Origin: Antedon mediterranea
Taxonomy: Eukaryota; Animalia; Echinodermata
Length of the DNA stretch: 64,000 nt
Direction of reading: 5' to 3'
NCBI RefSeq assembly: GCF_964355755.1
Contig: NC_092673.1
Coordinates: 24,859,648 to 24,923,647, forward strand
Part shown: positions 40,258 to 52,881 of the stretch, in pieces
How positions within the stretch are numbered: the first letter of the stretch is position 1
Layout: each line of letters starts with the position of its first letter
Translations under genes and position numbers: made by a program
Notes under the pieces: generated by a model
The model's input: only the letters and a program-made list of their open reading frames with translations
The model's database searches: none
Told to the model about the DNA's origin: nothing

Positions 40258-40464
40258 TATTTTATTTATTTTATTTTATTTTATTTATTTTTTTTTATTT
40301 TTGGAGGGGAAAGTGTTTATTATAATAAAGTGATTTTAATTTATTGTCAACATTTTTATATCCGAATGACTAACAAAACACAAATAGATGCCTTCATGAG
40401 TATCTGAATATCTGTATATGTATATACTCAATATCAGTATAGTTGCTGTGGTGAATATCTTCCG

Positions 40465-41568
40465 TTAACATAGACCAGTGACTGAAATATTACAGAAAAA
40501 ATACAAAAGATTCAATCCACATTGTGAATATTAATCAACAAATAATATCGATCGAACAGCCATAAATTTCGTTAAGCTATAATATGATTTAATGAGGTTA
40601 TTGTTTCAAAATTCATTCATTCAATGAAATAAAGAACGATTATTTAAAGTTCTTCAATTATTCTCATATTTGTTGCTGTAATCATATTGAAACTAAACTA
40701 TAATTAATAAAGGTAAAATCAAATATTGCATCTTGTACATGGGTCACATTTAAATGAATTCAATGCCCTAATAATGCTATGTAATTAATTTAAACTTTTA
40801 AAACAATAGAAAAAAATCACTAATCTTCACTGAATCAACTGTGAGTATTTACAAGCAAAAATATACTTACAGTTGCACCCCGGTTCGTTTCGTTTAATTG
40901 ATTCGTTTGGTTGACCCTTTCCCTTCGGTATTATTTCCTTCGGTATTTCGTTTCTTTCTTTCTGTATTTCATTCCTTTCTTTCTCCTCTTCGTAATTCAA
41001 TAAACATCCGATCAGTGTTCTTGAAGCCAGTATTTCCGAAACAGGATAACACATATTATTCTTTTCAACATCTAAAAAATACAATATTAATTATTACAAA
41101 ATATAACAATAAAATTAATGTATTATTATTATGAATGTTACTGTTATTACAAATAATATTCATTTCGAAATGTTCTTTTCTTCTTCAGAAAAATGGGTTT
41201 TCGTCCCAAGTGCAGTATCCATGCCTTGGTGTTGACTGGCTGATTACAACTACGTGATAGACAGATATTTCTTTGTATCTTCTACCTCATCTCAGCCCAC
41301 CAGCCAACCCCCACAACCGCCAAAAAATCAAACATTGTAAGTATATAACAATTTACTATCTTCCAAAAACTTAACCAAACGTATTCTAAAAACCAGAAAA
41401 AATTTGATTATCAGAAATTATTGTCCAATACTTCTCTACCACCCACATGAAGAAAAGAAAATCTTAAATTTATAATTTACCATTATTTATCTCAACGTGG
41501 TAGAAAGGTAATACAAAAGCAAAACATCCGTTAATCAGCATGAAAACAACAATCATTCCGGTCCTCAT
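40465..41568 (-). CDS. Secreted cyclic-peptide precursor, paralog H (101 aa); predicted mature NEPGCNFTGLC
   Basis: Exons 41568-41481, 41071-40871, 40481-40465. MRTGMIVVFMLINGCFAFVLPFYHVEINN / DVEKNNMCYPVSEILASRTLIGCLLNYEEEKERNEIQKERNEIPKEIIPKGKGQPNESIKRNEPGCN / FTGLC*. Confidence 0.85.
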
Positions 41569-42419
41569 TTGAGTTGATGTACACAGCAATACAAAGTGTA
41601 GAATAAAGTAAACTTCTAAGTTGAAGCAATACGCTGGAAATGGTCAGTTTCACTAGAAGGCTCTAAATCATGTTCAAACATTATGCATAATTCAAACAAA
41701 TGTAAAAATGACACACGTGTGTTTGGCGTATGCATCAAGTAAAATTGCGTACTGTATGATTATACCATCTTTGATCTTATTTTCTTAATTGAAATAAAGT
41801 AAATTTTCTCTATTATTAATGATAAAAACACGAATAGACAAAAACATACATTAAATAAAAAAAGGAATTTATAATTGATAGCACAAAATAAGTCGAAATG
41901 TAAGTGGAATGTGATTGTGTATAATAATGAGAATAGAGCTGGAAAAATGGTCAACTTTTAAAAATATTTTTACTTTCATGAAAAGAAACGAAAATACATA
42001 ACGTCTGTACAGTTCATTTATTTTGTTGAATTATTAAATATAATTTTTTCATAGAACACTACTAGAGATAAAATAAAACGTAAACCACTAAAATCATCGG
42101 TAATCATGGATCTGTTCAATATAGTTATCATTATATACCGATTCATGGTTAATCGCCGGTCTAAAGTTATTAGCTAAACTGCGCATGTCTGTTTCCTATA
42201 TATCTTCTTTAATACAATCTGATCCACACGAGCGATGCGATTGCGTAGCCCTTGCGTTAGTAGCTTAGCCTACGATGATTAACTTGTATGAGCTGACTTA
42301 GGCTTAGGATTTAACCAGTTTAGCGGCAAGTTAAAATATGAAGAAACAAATAAAGTATGATTTGGGAATATTTATTGCATACTGTATCTGGAACTGACGA
42401 ATTATCAAATGCAGAAACC

Positions 42420-43436
42420 AGGTGATGTTTTTAAGACGGTTCCAGTACAAATTATGTTAGCCATCACTCCCAACCCATAATCCCTCAGTGGCAGTTTTCA
42501 AATGTAGTTTTAAACATTCCCAGTTTCGGTCATGGTGATGGGGCTACATCCCCACCCCAAAATCCCAGCCGTTTCCCAGGAATAATTAAATACATTTTCC
42601 ATCCACAATTCTGGTCAATTTGATAGCCTACTATTCCTAGCCTAAGCGAAATCCCCACTATCCCCTGAACCCCAACATCCTATCTCCACTACTCCTAGCC
42701 TAAACAAAATCCCCACTATCCCCTGAACCCCAACTCCCAAACCGTATCTCCCAACGCCCCTCTCCCACAATGGGCGTTATTTCCTTGGAGGCATGGTGAT
42801 GTAGTTGAACACAGTAACACACAGTATATGTTCACACAGGAATGGATGTCTGTAATGAGACAATCCAAGATACTGATACATAGCTGGATATGGGCAAAGT
42901 ACTTTGATAAATGTGTAAATGAATAGGTGTCATATTGGTTAATGAATAAAATATGTATATCTATATCTGTGTTTTCCCCAAACGCCTTGCTGAGGATAAT
43001 TGAACTACTGTAAAACTTTTGTAGTATAATTTTACAATTCGATAGCCTACAACCCCGAGCCCTAGCAAAAATGACATCACAAACCACCAGACCCATCCCC
43101 CCTCCCACAAAAACCCCAGGAGTCGGGGGAATTTTTTAAATGTAGTTTAAAACCTTCCGGGTAAAATTGCCATCATTTTGAAACCCCATATGTATGGTTA
43201 CGTGCAGAAACAGAAATTTGTATAACGAACAAACATCGAAAGTGGGGGGATTGACCACATTTTGGTCCCTAACTTGGATCCTAGGTGGCGGATGATGTTC
43301 AAATATAGCTTAGAACATTCCCGGTACAATTGCGGTCATTTTTATACCCCATATGTAAGATTAAGTGCAGTAACAAAAATTTGTATAACGAACAAACAAA
43401 CAGACAAACGTACAAACTCTCTCACTTATAATAGAT
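42420..43436 (-). mobile_element. Possible Helitron-like non-autonomous repeat
   Basis: Minus strand starts a|tctattataag..gtttgtctgtttgtttg and carries internal duplicated blocks; no 3' CTAG end confidently located. Confidence 0.3.
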
Positions 43437-44197
43437 GATGATGATGTTGGATGTTGCTGCCATACTGCTCTGGTCCCTGACGCCGCCGGAAGCTGCCACT
43501 TGACAGATCAGGAGAGTTTGTTACTTACTTCATGAAGCTATCCCTCGGTGTTTTTACAGATATGATTTTCAAACAAGGGGAATTTCGTGTAGGCCTATAT
43601 TGAACAAAGGGCTCATAAACACGCATGTAGGCCTACGCTTCCAATTAATAATTTGTTTGATAAAAGCCGATTCTTAATATGTAGAATAGAATAAATTCTC
43701 CAAGTGCCCGGTATAACAGTATTACTACTGTATTAGGCCAACTATGAAAAATCTATAAGCCGGATTTCTTCTACAATATCGGAACGAAGAGATATTATCT
43801 CAATAATAAAACAACATTGACAATATTAACATTCACAATAATCGAATATCATTTATTTTGTTCACAAATTAAGATACATAAATACAAACGATTACACTTA
43901 AATTTACTTAATTTGAAGTTTGAACCTGCAACTAATTTGCATATGAAGGCGGTGGGTGGTGGAGGGTTAATTTGTTGTACATGAACATAAACAGATATAC
44001 ATAATTCATTTAAAACTGTAAAGCCTTTGTCTAAAATGTTGTCCCACTTCACACCATAATTTAGAGATTCAGTAGCCTATAAATACGGCGTGTTTATTGC
44101 GTTGCAGAGCTGACCGTTGAATATAACCATAATAATCCTTTTAACGCTGTCGTGTGCCATTTTATCATGATTACTGAGTTGGCGGAGGCGGACCTGG

Positions 44198-45005
44198 CTA
44201 ACATATAGCTGGGGCTGAAATAAAAACATTTTTTTTTTTAATATTAAAAGAGTTCACAGATTTGTTTTCAATCAATGACACAATAAATGAAACAAAAATG
44301 TAGATCTAATATCTTACAGTGACATTCAACATCATTTTTTTCTCTGTATTTCTTTTCTTTCTTTCTCGTCTTCGTAACTGCGTAAACACTCTGTCACCTT
44401 TTGAAAAGTCTCCAACTCCCGAGCAGAATAACAGATATCATCTGTTCAATCTCTAAAAACACAATTAATGATAATTCAAGTATATTAATTCTTCATTACT
44501 ACTGGTGTTGTTTTATTTGTTTACCAATATAATAATGTGGTTAGGTCACCATCCTAAGATTCAATTGCAAACATTCGGGAATCTAAAAACAAAATACTGT
44601 AACACCAGCATAAATCAAAACAGCATTAAACATGACGATGTAGACTTGCCCCAAGTCTGTATTGTATTTTTTTTATTTTATTTTTTTTATTTCGACCGCG
44701 ATTTTTGTCTGAAATCCAAACTCAAGTAATACACGTATGAAACGCCATATGTGCAAAAATATTTATATTTTTACTAATAATATTAAGAAAAAACTCCGTC
44801 TGGAGCCCAGACTAATGACGATGATAACAATACATAAACGAAAAATCATTGAAGAGATATGGAAATAAAATTGTAAATTAAAAAAAAAACACAAACAATA
44901 TTTACGAAAATTCGAGCTTTGTGGGAGGAGGAGGTTGTTTCTAAAAGCAAACGAACTGTTGATTACCAACAAAAACAGAGCAAATGCAATCATTCTGGTC
45001 CTCAT
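44198..45005 (-). pseudogene. Paralog I, frameshifted exon 2; reconstructed mature NDVECHSPAIC
   Basis: Exon 1 45005-44906 MRTRMIAFALFLLVINSSFAFRNNLLLPQSSNF is intact. Exon 2 44452-44318 has a -1 near its start and a +1 in an A7 run; the family frame reads DDICYSARELETFQKVTECLRSYEDEKERKEIQRK, the used frame hits TGA. Exon 3 44214-44198 SPAIC*. Confidence 0.75.
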
Positions 45006-45709
45006 TTTTGTATAATGCAATACACAACAAGTGTTAATGTAGAATAAAGTATAAACTTCGCAATTGAAGCAACACGCTAGAAATGGTCAGTTTCACTAGA
45101 AATCGTCAAATAATATAAAATCTGCATAATTCAAACAAATGTCACGTGTTTGTACGCATGCCTTTCTATTTAATGCGTATCTGTCCATTAAATGCGCATC
45201 TTATTTTTATACCATCCTTATCACATTATTATCTTAATTGAAATGTAATCAATTGTATTATATTATTGATGAAAGAATGCGTTTTACAGATTGGCGTACA
45301 AAGTAAATCAATCAAATCCGATATGAAATTAATTATGTGAAACCATCAAGTAGAAGAAGTTACAAAGACACGTGGTATCTTTCGTGAGTAGTTATTAATT
45401 ATAATATATTCAGCGTCTTTTTTGGACAATAAATATCTGTATCTATGCCCCAAATCGGATGTCGATTGCTTTCTCGATCTGTCAGATATTTCGCTAGACA
45501 TGATACCGCTTAATCTAAGTGATCAAAACTCATATTCCACTGCAGTAATTACTTTTTACTGCAATATTGTATGATTTTAGTTTGTTGCAATGAAGTTTAT
45601 GGAGCAGTCATTGCAATAAACAAGGTATGTTGGCATATATATGAATAATCATGTAATGCATGATTCAGGTCGTCGCGAGTCGAAAGTTCCTTTTATGCTT
45701 AAAGCTTAA

Positions 45710-46064
45710 AGCCGATTTTCCACTAGGCGAATTTGTTCGCGCGAATCTAAAGCGTCGAGTTTCTGTCTGTCATACTCCCTTCTGCGCGACGAATTCTAGT
45801 TCCTTGATTTTTTGCTGCAGCGAAATTTACTAGTTCGAATTGTTTCTACTTTTTGCGAAGCGAAATATTGCGCAACCAATCAGAGCTCAGGAAATGAGCT
45901 ATGACGCTTTCATGAGCACTCATGCGAATCGAAATGCTCAGCAACCACGCGGGGAACATGAACGTCGCAACTATTCGCTCATGTAGTGGAAAGAGAGTAG
46001 GCGATTTTTTTCTCTTCGAAACGTTTGATTCGCGCGAACAAATTCGCCTAGTGGAAAATCGGCT
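45710..46064. mobile_element. MITE family d
   Basis: Long TIR agccgattttccactaggcgaatttgttcgcgcgaatc...gattcgcgcgaacaaattcgcctagtggaaaatcggct; fragments at about 28750 and 33735-33775. Confidence 0.85.
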
Positions 46065-46841
46065 TTATGCAAATGAACGATATAATGTCACGTGGCGTAT
46101 TACTGTGTTTAAATATTGAAATGTACGTCTGGTATAATAATATTGTAATATAAATTATAAGACGTCTGATAAATATTGGTCAGTATATAATTTGTGTACA
46201 AGCACGTTTCGGTTTTATAAATCGTCATCAGAGATAAACATGTCATTGTCTTAATAATATTGAATTTACGAGGAAAATCGTTTTATTTTATGTAGGCCCT
46301 ATTATTTGTTTAAAAGTTGATTTTTTAAGGAAAAAATAAAAAACTAATTAGTATATTTAATTATTCAACAATTCTCGAATTACTGCAAAATTGTGTTCAG
46401 ATTGTGAGTAGGCCTATTTCTAGATTAAAACAATTGATTATATGGTTATTATTGAGACATTCTGCTTTAAACAGTTTAAATAAAGTTTAATCAGCCAATC
46501 GGATCCAAGGTTTAGATTTCCTTGCCATTGCAATACTATACTAATCTGTAAACCGGATTTCTTCTTTGTCATGAACAGTCCACAGGTGAAATGAGCGAGT
46601 TTTAGGAATAAAACGAGATCGACAATATTTACATTCATAATAATCGAATACCATTTATTTTAAGACATCATAAATACAAACGATTTCACTTTATTATGGA
46701 TAAAAGATAAGAATAATGACTTAATTTGCAGTTTTCTTCTGAACCTGCAACTAATAAGTATGTCTATATTCATTAATAATGAATCCATTATGGCAAAGGA
46801 CACACCACAAAGAGGTAGTGCATGCGCAGAAGGTGCTCTCA

Positions 46842-48148
46842 CTACTGATTTTCTTTTGCTTTTGCTTTATGTTCTTTTTGTCCTTTTTCCGGCATACAAA
46901 TAGCTGAAGACCCTGAAATAAAAAGAGAAATGAACATATAATATAATAAACAATTTTATAATTTAATCAAAAAATGCATGAATCGAAAATATCAACAGTT
47001 GTCATGAGCAGCTTAACAAATCACATTAAATAATACATTCAACTCTATTAATAAATCCTTTTATCGAAAAATGTGTAGATCAGAATGATTCATATCAGTT
47101 ATAGATTAAATTCAATCAAATATAACTATATTATTTTACAAATACGTTATTTCATAAGTGGTAGTCAATTTGAAGGTATTTTGATAAACAGATTTGTGCT
47201 TATTCATTAGGGAGGTTTCGCAACCTTACGAATACGATAACGAAAACGGATACGTCATACATTTGTGAAACTTTTGAGCTGATCCCCATTTCATATTCGT
47301 AAAGTGTATTCGTGATGACGAATATCACCAGTCATATTCGTAACTACAAAACGAATATAATTTTTGATCTATTTAGCACATTTTGCATTTGAATCAGGAA
47401 TGATTCATGATTATAATATAATACTAGATTTAGGCCTATTGAAAGTAATTTACTAAAGTAATTTACTAAAATGCCAAGTCAATTTTGATAAATAGCAGTT
47501 TTTAAAGTCCTCACTCGCTTTGATGTTACGCTTCGCTCAAATTTACCGCAGTCATATTTTGAACGCGCCTCAATATTTCGTTGCCATGCGAAACAGATTT
47601 TTTTATGGCTTACGAAAACGAATACGTGTCCGTGACGTATCCGTTTTCGTTATCGTATTCGTAAGATAGCGAAACCTCTCTAATAAACGACACATAAACG
47701 AAAACAAAATATTAGATATAATATCTTACCACATCCTTTTTTTATCGGTATTTCTTTACTTTTTTTCTCCTCTTCATAGTCCAATAAACATTTTATCAGG
47801 ATTTCTGAATTGTCTAACTCTCGAATAGGATAACAGATATCCTCTGGTTCAACATCTAAAACACAATAATGTTAATTGTTAATAATTAAATTGTTAGAAT
47901 ATATATAATATAAAAGACCATAATTAATTGTAAAAATTACACCAGCATAAAAAAAATGACGATGATAAAAATACATAAAAGGAAAGAGATATGAAAATAA
48001 AATTATAAATAAAAACAGAAAAAAAACCAAAAACAATATATTATTTACCAAAATCAGAGCGTTGTGGGCCTGGGAAGTTATTCCAAAAAGCAAAGGAACT
48101 GTTGATTACCATAAAAAACAGAGAAAGCGCAATCATTCTGGTCCTCAT
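46842..48148 (-). CDS. Secreted cyclic-peptide precursor, paralog J (98 aa); predicted mature GCGSSAICMP plus basic tail
   Basis: Exons 48148-48049, 47855-47730, 46912-46842. MRTRMIALSLFFMVINSSFAFWNNFPGPQRSDF / DVEPEDICYPIRELDNSEILIKCLLDYEEEKKSKEIPIKKGC / GSSAICMPEKGQKEHKAKAKENQ*. Confidence 0.8.
47209..47681. mobile_element. MITE family e in intron 2 of J
   Basis: About 48-bp TIR agggaggtttcgcaaccttacgaatacgataacgaaaacggatacgtca and its near-perfect reverse complement. Confidence 0.85.
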
Positions 48149-49200
48149 TTTAGTGGATGTATAATGCAATACAAAGTTGAAGCAACACGCTGGAAATGGT
48201 CAATTTCATTACAAATCGTCTTCAAATAATATCAAATCTGCATTATTCAAACCAATGTCACGTGTTTGTATGTATTTCAATTTAGTGCGTATCTATCCAA
48301 TAAATGCTTAAATCTTATTATTATACCATACTTATCACATAATCATCTTAATTGAAATATTGTCAATTGTATCTATTATTCATCAAAGTATCTGTTTTAT
48401 AGATTATCCTAGTTAACACAATAAACGGGGGTACCCAGTTCAAATCAACTAGTAAGAAGTTGAAAGTTTCGGCAGTGGTAACTACGGGATCGTGTACTAT
48501 TTCTGACCGACATTTCTTTGTTTTTTTACAGAGACAAATTAAGTTTCCTGTATCTTGTATAACTTAGACCATCTAGTTTTTTCAGTAAAGTATCAAACAA
48601 TACTGTAAACAATGAATCATTTTTAGCAACCTGAAATGACATTCAGAAATGATTTTGATTGAAATTCTTTAAAACAAATTTAAACTTAATACGCGGGTAC
48701 GAAAGATGGGCCAAGCGTTTGAACGGACTCTTCAAATGTGTTTTTCTATATCTATCTCTATAGCTCACTATGTCCGTCGGTTGGTCGGTCGGTCGGTAAA
48801 AACTAATTAAAAAATGTGCACGCGACTGCAGCCATATATCTGGCCTTGTTCTTTTTCTGATGACTGATATAATAATTTCTAACTGCATAGATGTCTAATG
48901 TCCACACGTTTATATGTGCGCGAGGGAAGGAGTGGGCAGAAGGAACGATGTGGGTTGGGTGAGTAGAATAGTAATATTGTCCAAAAATCAAACTGTCTAA
49001 TATTATGTTTAATTAAACTTTGCTTTTCTTCTCGAGAATGCGCTATCTCGAGAATGCGCTATTATGTATGAAATGTTTCCTCATCAGCAGTAGTGCGAAC
49101 ATCAAATGTAGGCCTAATTCATGCACCAGTAACTTCCAGAGCGGATCCACTATGTTACGTTGCTGCAGCAACGTTGAATATAATGTGTGTGAATTTAAAA

Positions 49201-50111
49201 TCATCGTCCAGGACATGGACCCGTGACTGAAAAATTGCAATAAACAAGAATAAGGAACCGTATACATCGAATTTGAAATTATCAAAGGTTTCCGAGAATG
49301 CGCTATTATGTATGAAATGTTTCCTCAGCAGCAGTAGTGCGAACATCATTGTATTGTTGTCGCATACCAGACTCGTCGGAACCAAACCGAGTGCGTTTTG
49401 TCTTATTAATCGTAGCGTTGCTGTTTTCAATGCCCAAGAATCTCCCGACTTTTTATAGAAGAACATTTAGGCCTACTTTAGAACAATAGGGTATTATTAA
49501 TTAATTAATTAATTAATGTTGTATTTTGTTAGCGGATGCATGATTATCAAAATGAGGCTTTCCGGCCGCGATTTTTTTCGCGGCTGGAACTCATCTTTAT
49601 ACACGCCATACATTATAAAAGTTCGTTCACTGTAAACCGAAGGTCCGACCCGGCCTCCGGGTTGAGTTACGTTTTTCATTCACACATACAGGATCCGGAA
49701 TAAGACTGTATACTGTACTCTTGCATTTTAGAGGTAGTCCCTAACTGATGAATCTCCGTGCGACCACCTACCGTAAGCGGCCACCTCAGCTCCCTTAACG
49801 GCTCATGTGAAAAGTGAAATTACAATTTAATTTGAATTTTAAATCTCGGGAATTGTTTTGGTAAATATTCTCAATGAATTTACCTTGAATTGAATTTACC
49901 TTGAATCGCCACAGTCTATTTTCTTTCGAATGTTGTGTAATTCCACATGTATTACCAAAAAAAACACATTAAAATAAATAGATATAACAAAACTAAACTA
50001 AATTTATTTACCAATATCCGAGCGTTGTGGGCCTTGGAAACTATTCCAAAAAGCAAATGAGCTGTTGATTACCAACAAAAAAAGAGCAAACGCAATCATT
50101 CTGGTCCTCAT
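49201..50111 (-). pseudogene. Paralog K: intact exons 1 and 3, no recognisable canonical exon 2
   Basis: Exon 1 50111-50012 MRTRMIAFALFLLVINSSFAFWNSFQGPQRSDI; exon 3 49226-49201 xTGPCPGR*; no CYP..C exon in between. Confidence 0.65.
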
Positions 50112-51124
50112 TTTAGTTGATTTACACAGCAATATAAAGTGTAGAATAAAGTAAACTTCTCAGTTGAAGCAATACGCTGGAAATGGTCAGTTTCACTAGA
50201 AATCGTATTCAAATGTTAAACATTAAATAATTCAAACGAATGTCACATGTTTACGTATGTATTTAGTGTGTATCCATCTATTAAATGCGCAACTTATTTT
50301 TATACCATACTTATCCAACATTCTTAATTGAAATAATATAGTTAATTGTATTATTGATGAAAAATCCGTTTTACAGATTGGCGTACAAAGTTAATCAATT
50401 AAATACGATATGAAATTAATTATTTGAAACACTCATGGAGAAGAAGTTAAAAAGGTACCTGGTATCCTTTGAGATAAGTATTTATCCCGCTTCGCTCGTG
50501 CTGGTTCTCGAATATAGTAATTTCAGCGTGAAACAAACTGGCGATTTCAAATGTACGTAACGAAGGACTATAAAATACATGTCGTTTACAGGAAAGAATA
50601 AATAGACATGGTGATTCGTATGTAGTCAACTAAAATTAGTACCCTGGGAATTACTTCCGAAAGAAAAACTTTTCAGAAAATAAGTAAAATTTAAACAAAT
50701 CCATCTTGTGTTTTGTATGTAACATTAGGGTTGAGGGATGGGGAAGAGGATGGGTGCAAGGAGGAACAATTTTTAAATATATTCTCCTAATATTAATTTG
50801 TTTTCATGATTTATAAGTAATACCACTAATAAACATTTGCGATTTAATACTTTGTTGAAACTGTCACTGTCATAGTCGATTGAAATAAGATACACCGCCA
50901 CTTTTCTGTTTATGTCAGAAAAGTATAACACTGGTGTAAAAACAACGAATTATAAAATTTTAAAAAATACACATACATAACTAATACATAATTATTGAAA
51001 TGTGCGTCTGGTATAATAATAATTATAATATCAATTATCATAAGACATCTGATAAATATTTGTAGCTGTATAATCTGTTGCAAACACGTTTTGGTATTCT
51101 AATCATCATCAGAAATACACATAT

Positions 51125-51658
51125 CAACAACATTCTTCTCCCCTAAATGTCCCATCGTGTCTTAATTCCATTGAATTTACGAGGAAATCCGTTAAAACAA
51201 GTTTATTGGCGATATTCATACTCACAATATTAACACGTGGAAATGGTTCATGACATTGAAGAAGAAATCCGGTTTAAAGATTATAAATAGTAATAGTGTA
51301 TAGTATTGCAATGGCAAGGCAATCTAAACCTTGGATTCGATTGAATGATTACACTTAATTAATTAATGTATTTATTTAATAAAAAAACCGTTCTACAGGA
51401 TTACACAATCGGTTGTGGAATAATTAATTTCAGTTGGTAGGTTATTCCATATTTTTGCGCCTGCAACTTTCAACGACGAGTTCGTACTATGGTATGGGCC
51501 TAGTAGGCTATTGTTATAAATATTAGGCGTTCTACTCCAGGTGTTTTAACACAAGTGTGAGTATGAATATCGCCAATAAACTTGTTTTAACGGATTTTCT
51601 CGTAAATTTAATGGAATTAAGACACGATGGGACACTTAGGGGAGAAGAATGTTGTTGA
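51125..51658. mobile_element. MITE-like element with about 100-bp inverted repeats
   Basis: caacaacattcttctcccctaa..atactcaca (51125-51226) is mirrored at 51556-51658. Confidence 0.75.
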
Positions 51659-51939
51659 AAAGGTGTAACATCTTAGTCCACATCGCCTTTGATCACTTGT
51701 TGCTGGAATTGGTGCTTTAAAAATTCATATATATTATTAAATTCGTATATATTTCCAGGTGAAGTGAACGTGTGTATATAGGAATAAAACGAGATCGATA
51801 ATATTTACATTCATAATAATCGAATAACATTTATTTTGTTCACAAATTAAAAGATATCAATACAAACGATTACACTTTATTATGGATAAAATATAATAAT
51901 AATATTAACTTAATTTGAAATTTGCTGCAAAACCTGCAA

Positions 51940-52881
51940 CTAATAATTATGTCTTTTATCATAAGGACATTGACCGGTACCTGAAAGAAAATAAGAAAGA
52001 AGACAAATGAACAGAATCAGTAACATTTAAAACATTTAAAACTACCTTGCACTGATTAGTGCAAATTGTCATGGCTGTTTTACATTATCATTTTTGCTTA
52101 TTTTATTTCCTTTTATATTTTTCTCCATTGAGATCCAGCCTCTGATACCTCTGATATACTTTTTTATAAACAACTATTGTTGAAAAACATTTAATATTTT
52201 AATTATTAAAACAGTTTTTGATATTATATGAATAATAAATAAAACACAATGATGAACTAAATCGTATTTATAAATTAAAATATTAGATATTTTATTAGTG
52301 ATTTTCTATATTGACTGTTTTCTGCATGTACGTATATTGTTATTATTTCTGCAGTGTATATAAGAGGAATTTCTAATGTATTTTTATATTGGACCAAATA
52401 AAGAATTGAATTGAATTGAATAATGTCTTACCGAACGGGCCACAGCCTTTTTTTTTCTCTGGTATTCTTTTTCTTTCTTTCTCCTCTTTGTAATCGTGTA
52501 AACATTTCATCACAATTTTTGAAGTCTCTAACTCCCGAGTAGAAAAACAGATATCTTCTGTCTCAACCTCTAAAAATACAATAATGAGAATTAAAACTAA
52601 GTGTACTATTTTCTTTTTTTACAGTCCTAATTAATTCATATGAATCCGTTGCTATGGGGCCTATTTGTTTCCATTGAGGATCATAGCATATACTGAAACT
52701 ACAACTATATAAAACCATTTTCAACAGAATTAAAGATATAAAAATGACCAAAAAATGGCCTATAAATATAAATTAATTTACCAAAATCAGAGCGTTTTGG
52801 GCCTGGCAGGTTGTTCCAAAAAGCAAATGAGCTGTTGATTACCAACAAAAACAGAGCAAGCGCAATCATTCTGGTCCTCAT
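51940..52881 (-). CDS. Secreted cyclic-peptide precursor, paralog L (92 aa); predicted mature GCGPFGTGQCPYD
   Basis: Exons 52881-52782, 52569-52432, 51980-51940. MRTRMIALALFLLVINSSFAFWNNLPGPKRSDF / EVETEDICFSTRELETSKIVMKCLHDYKEEKERKRIPEKKKGCGPF / GTGQCPYDKRHNY*. Confidence 0.85.

Noticed and set aside
40465-41568. Assigning known neuropeptide gene names (CCAP, calcitonin, vasopressin, somatostatin/AstC)
   Set aside because: Only ring-size resemblance; no neurophysin domain or calcitonin-length amidated tail, and ring residues are not conserved between paralogs
49365-49448. Possible replacement exon 2 for K (VGRFLGIENSNATINKTKRTRFGSDES)
   Set aside because: Phase-compatible GT donor and a KR site, but a poor acceptor, no Cys and no clear similarity to family exon 2
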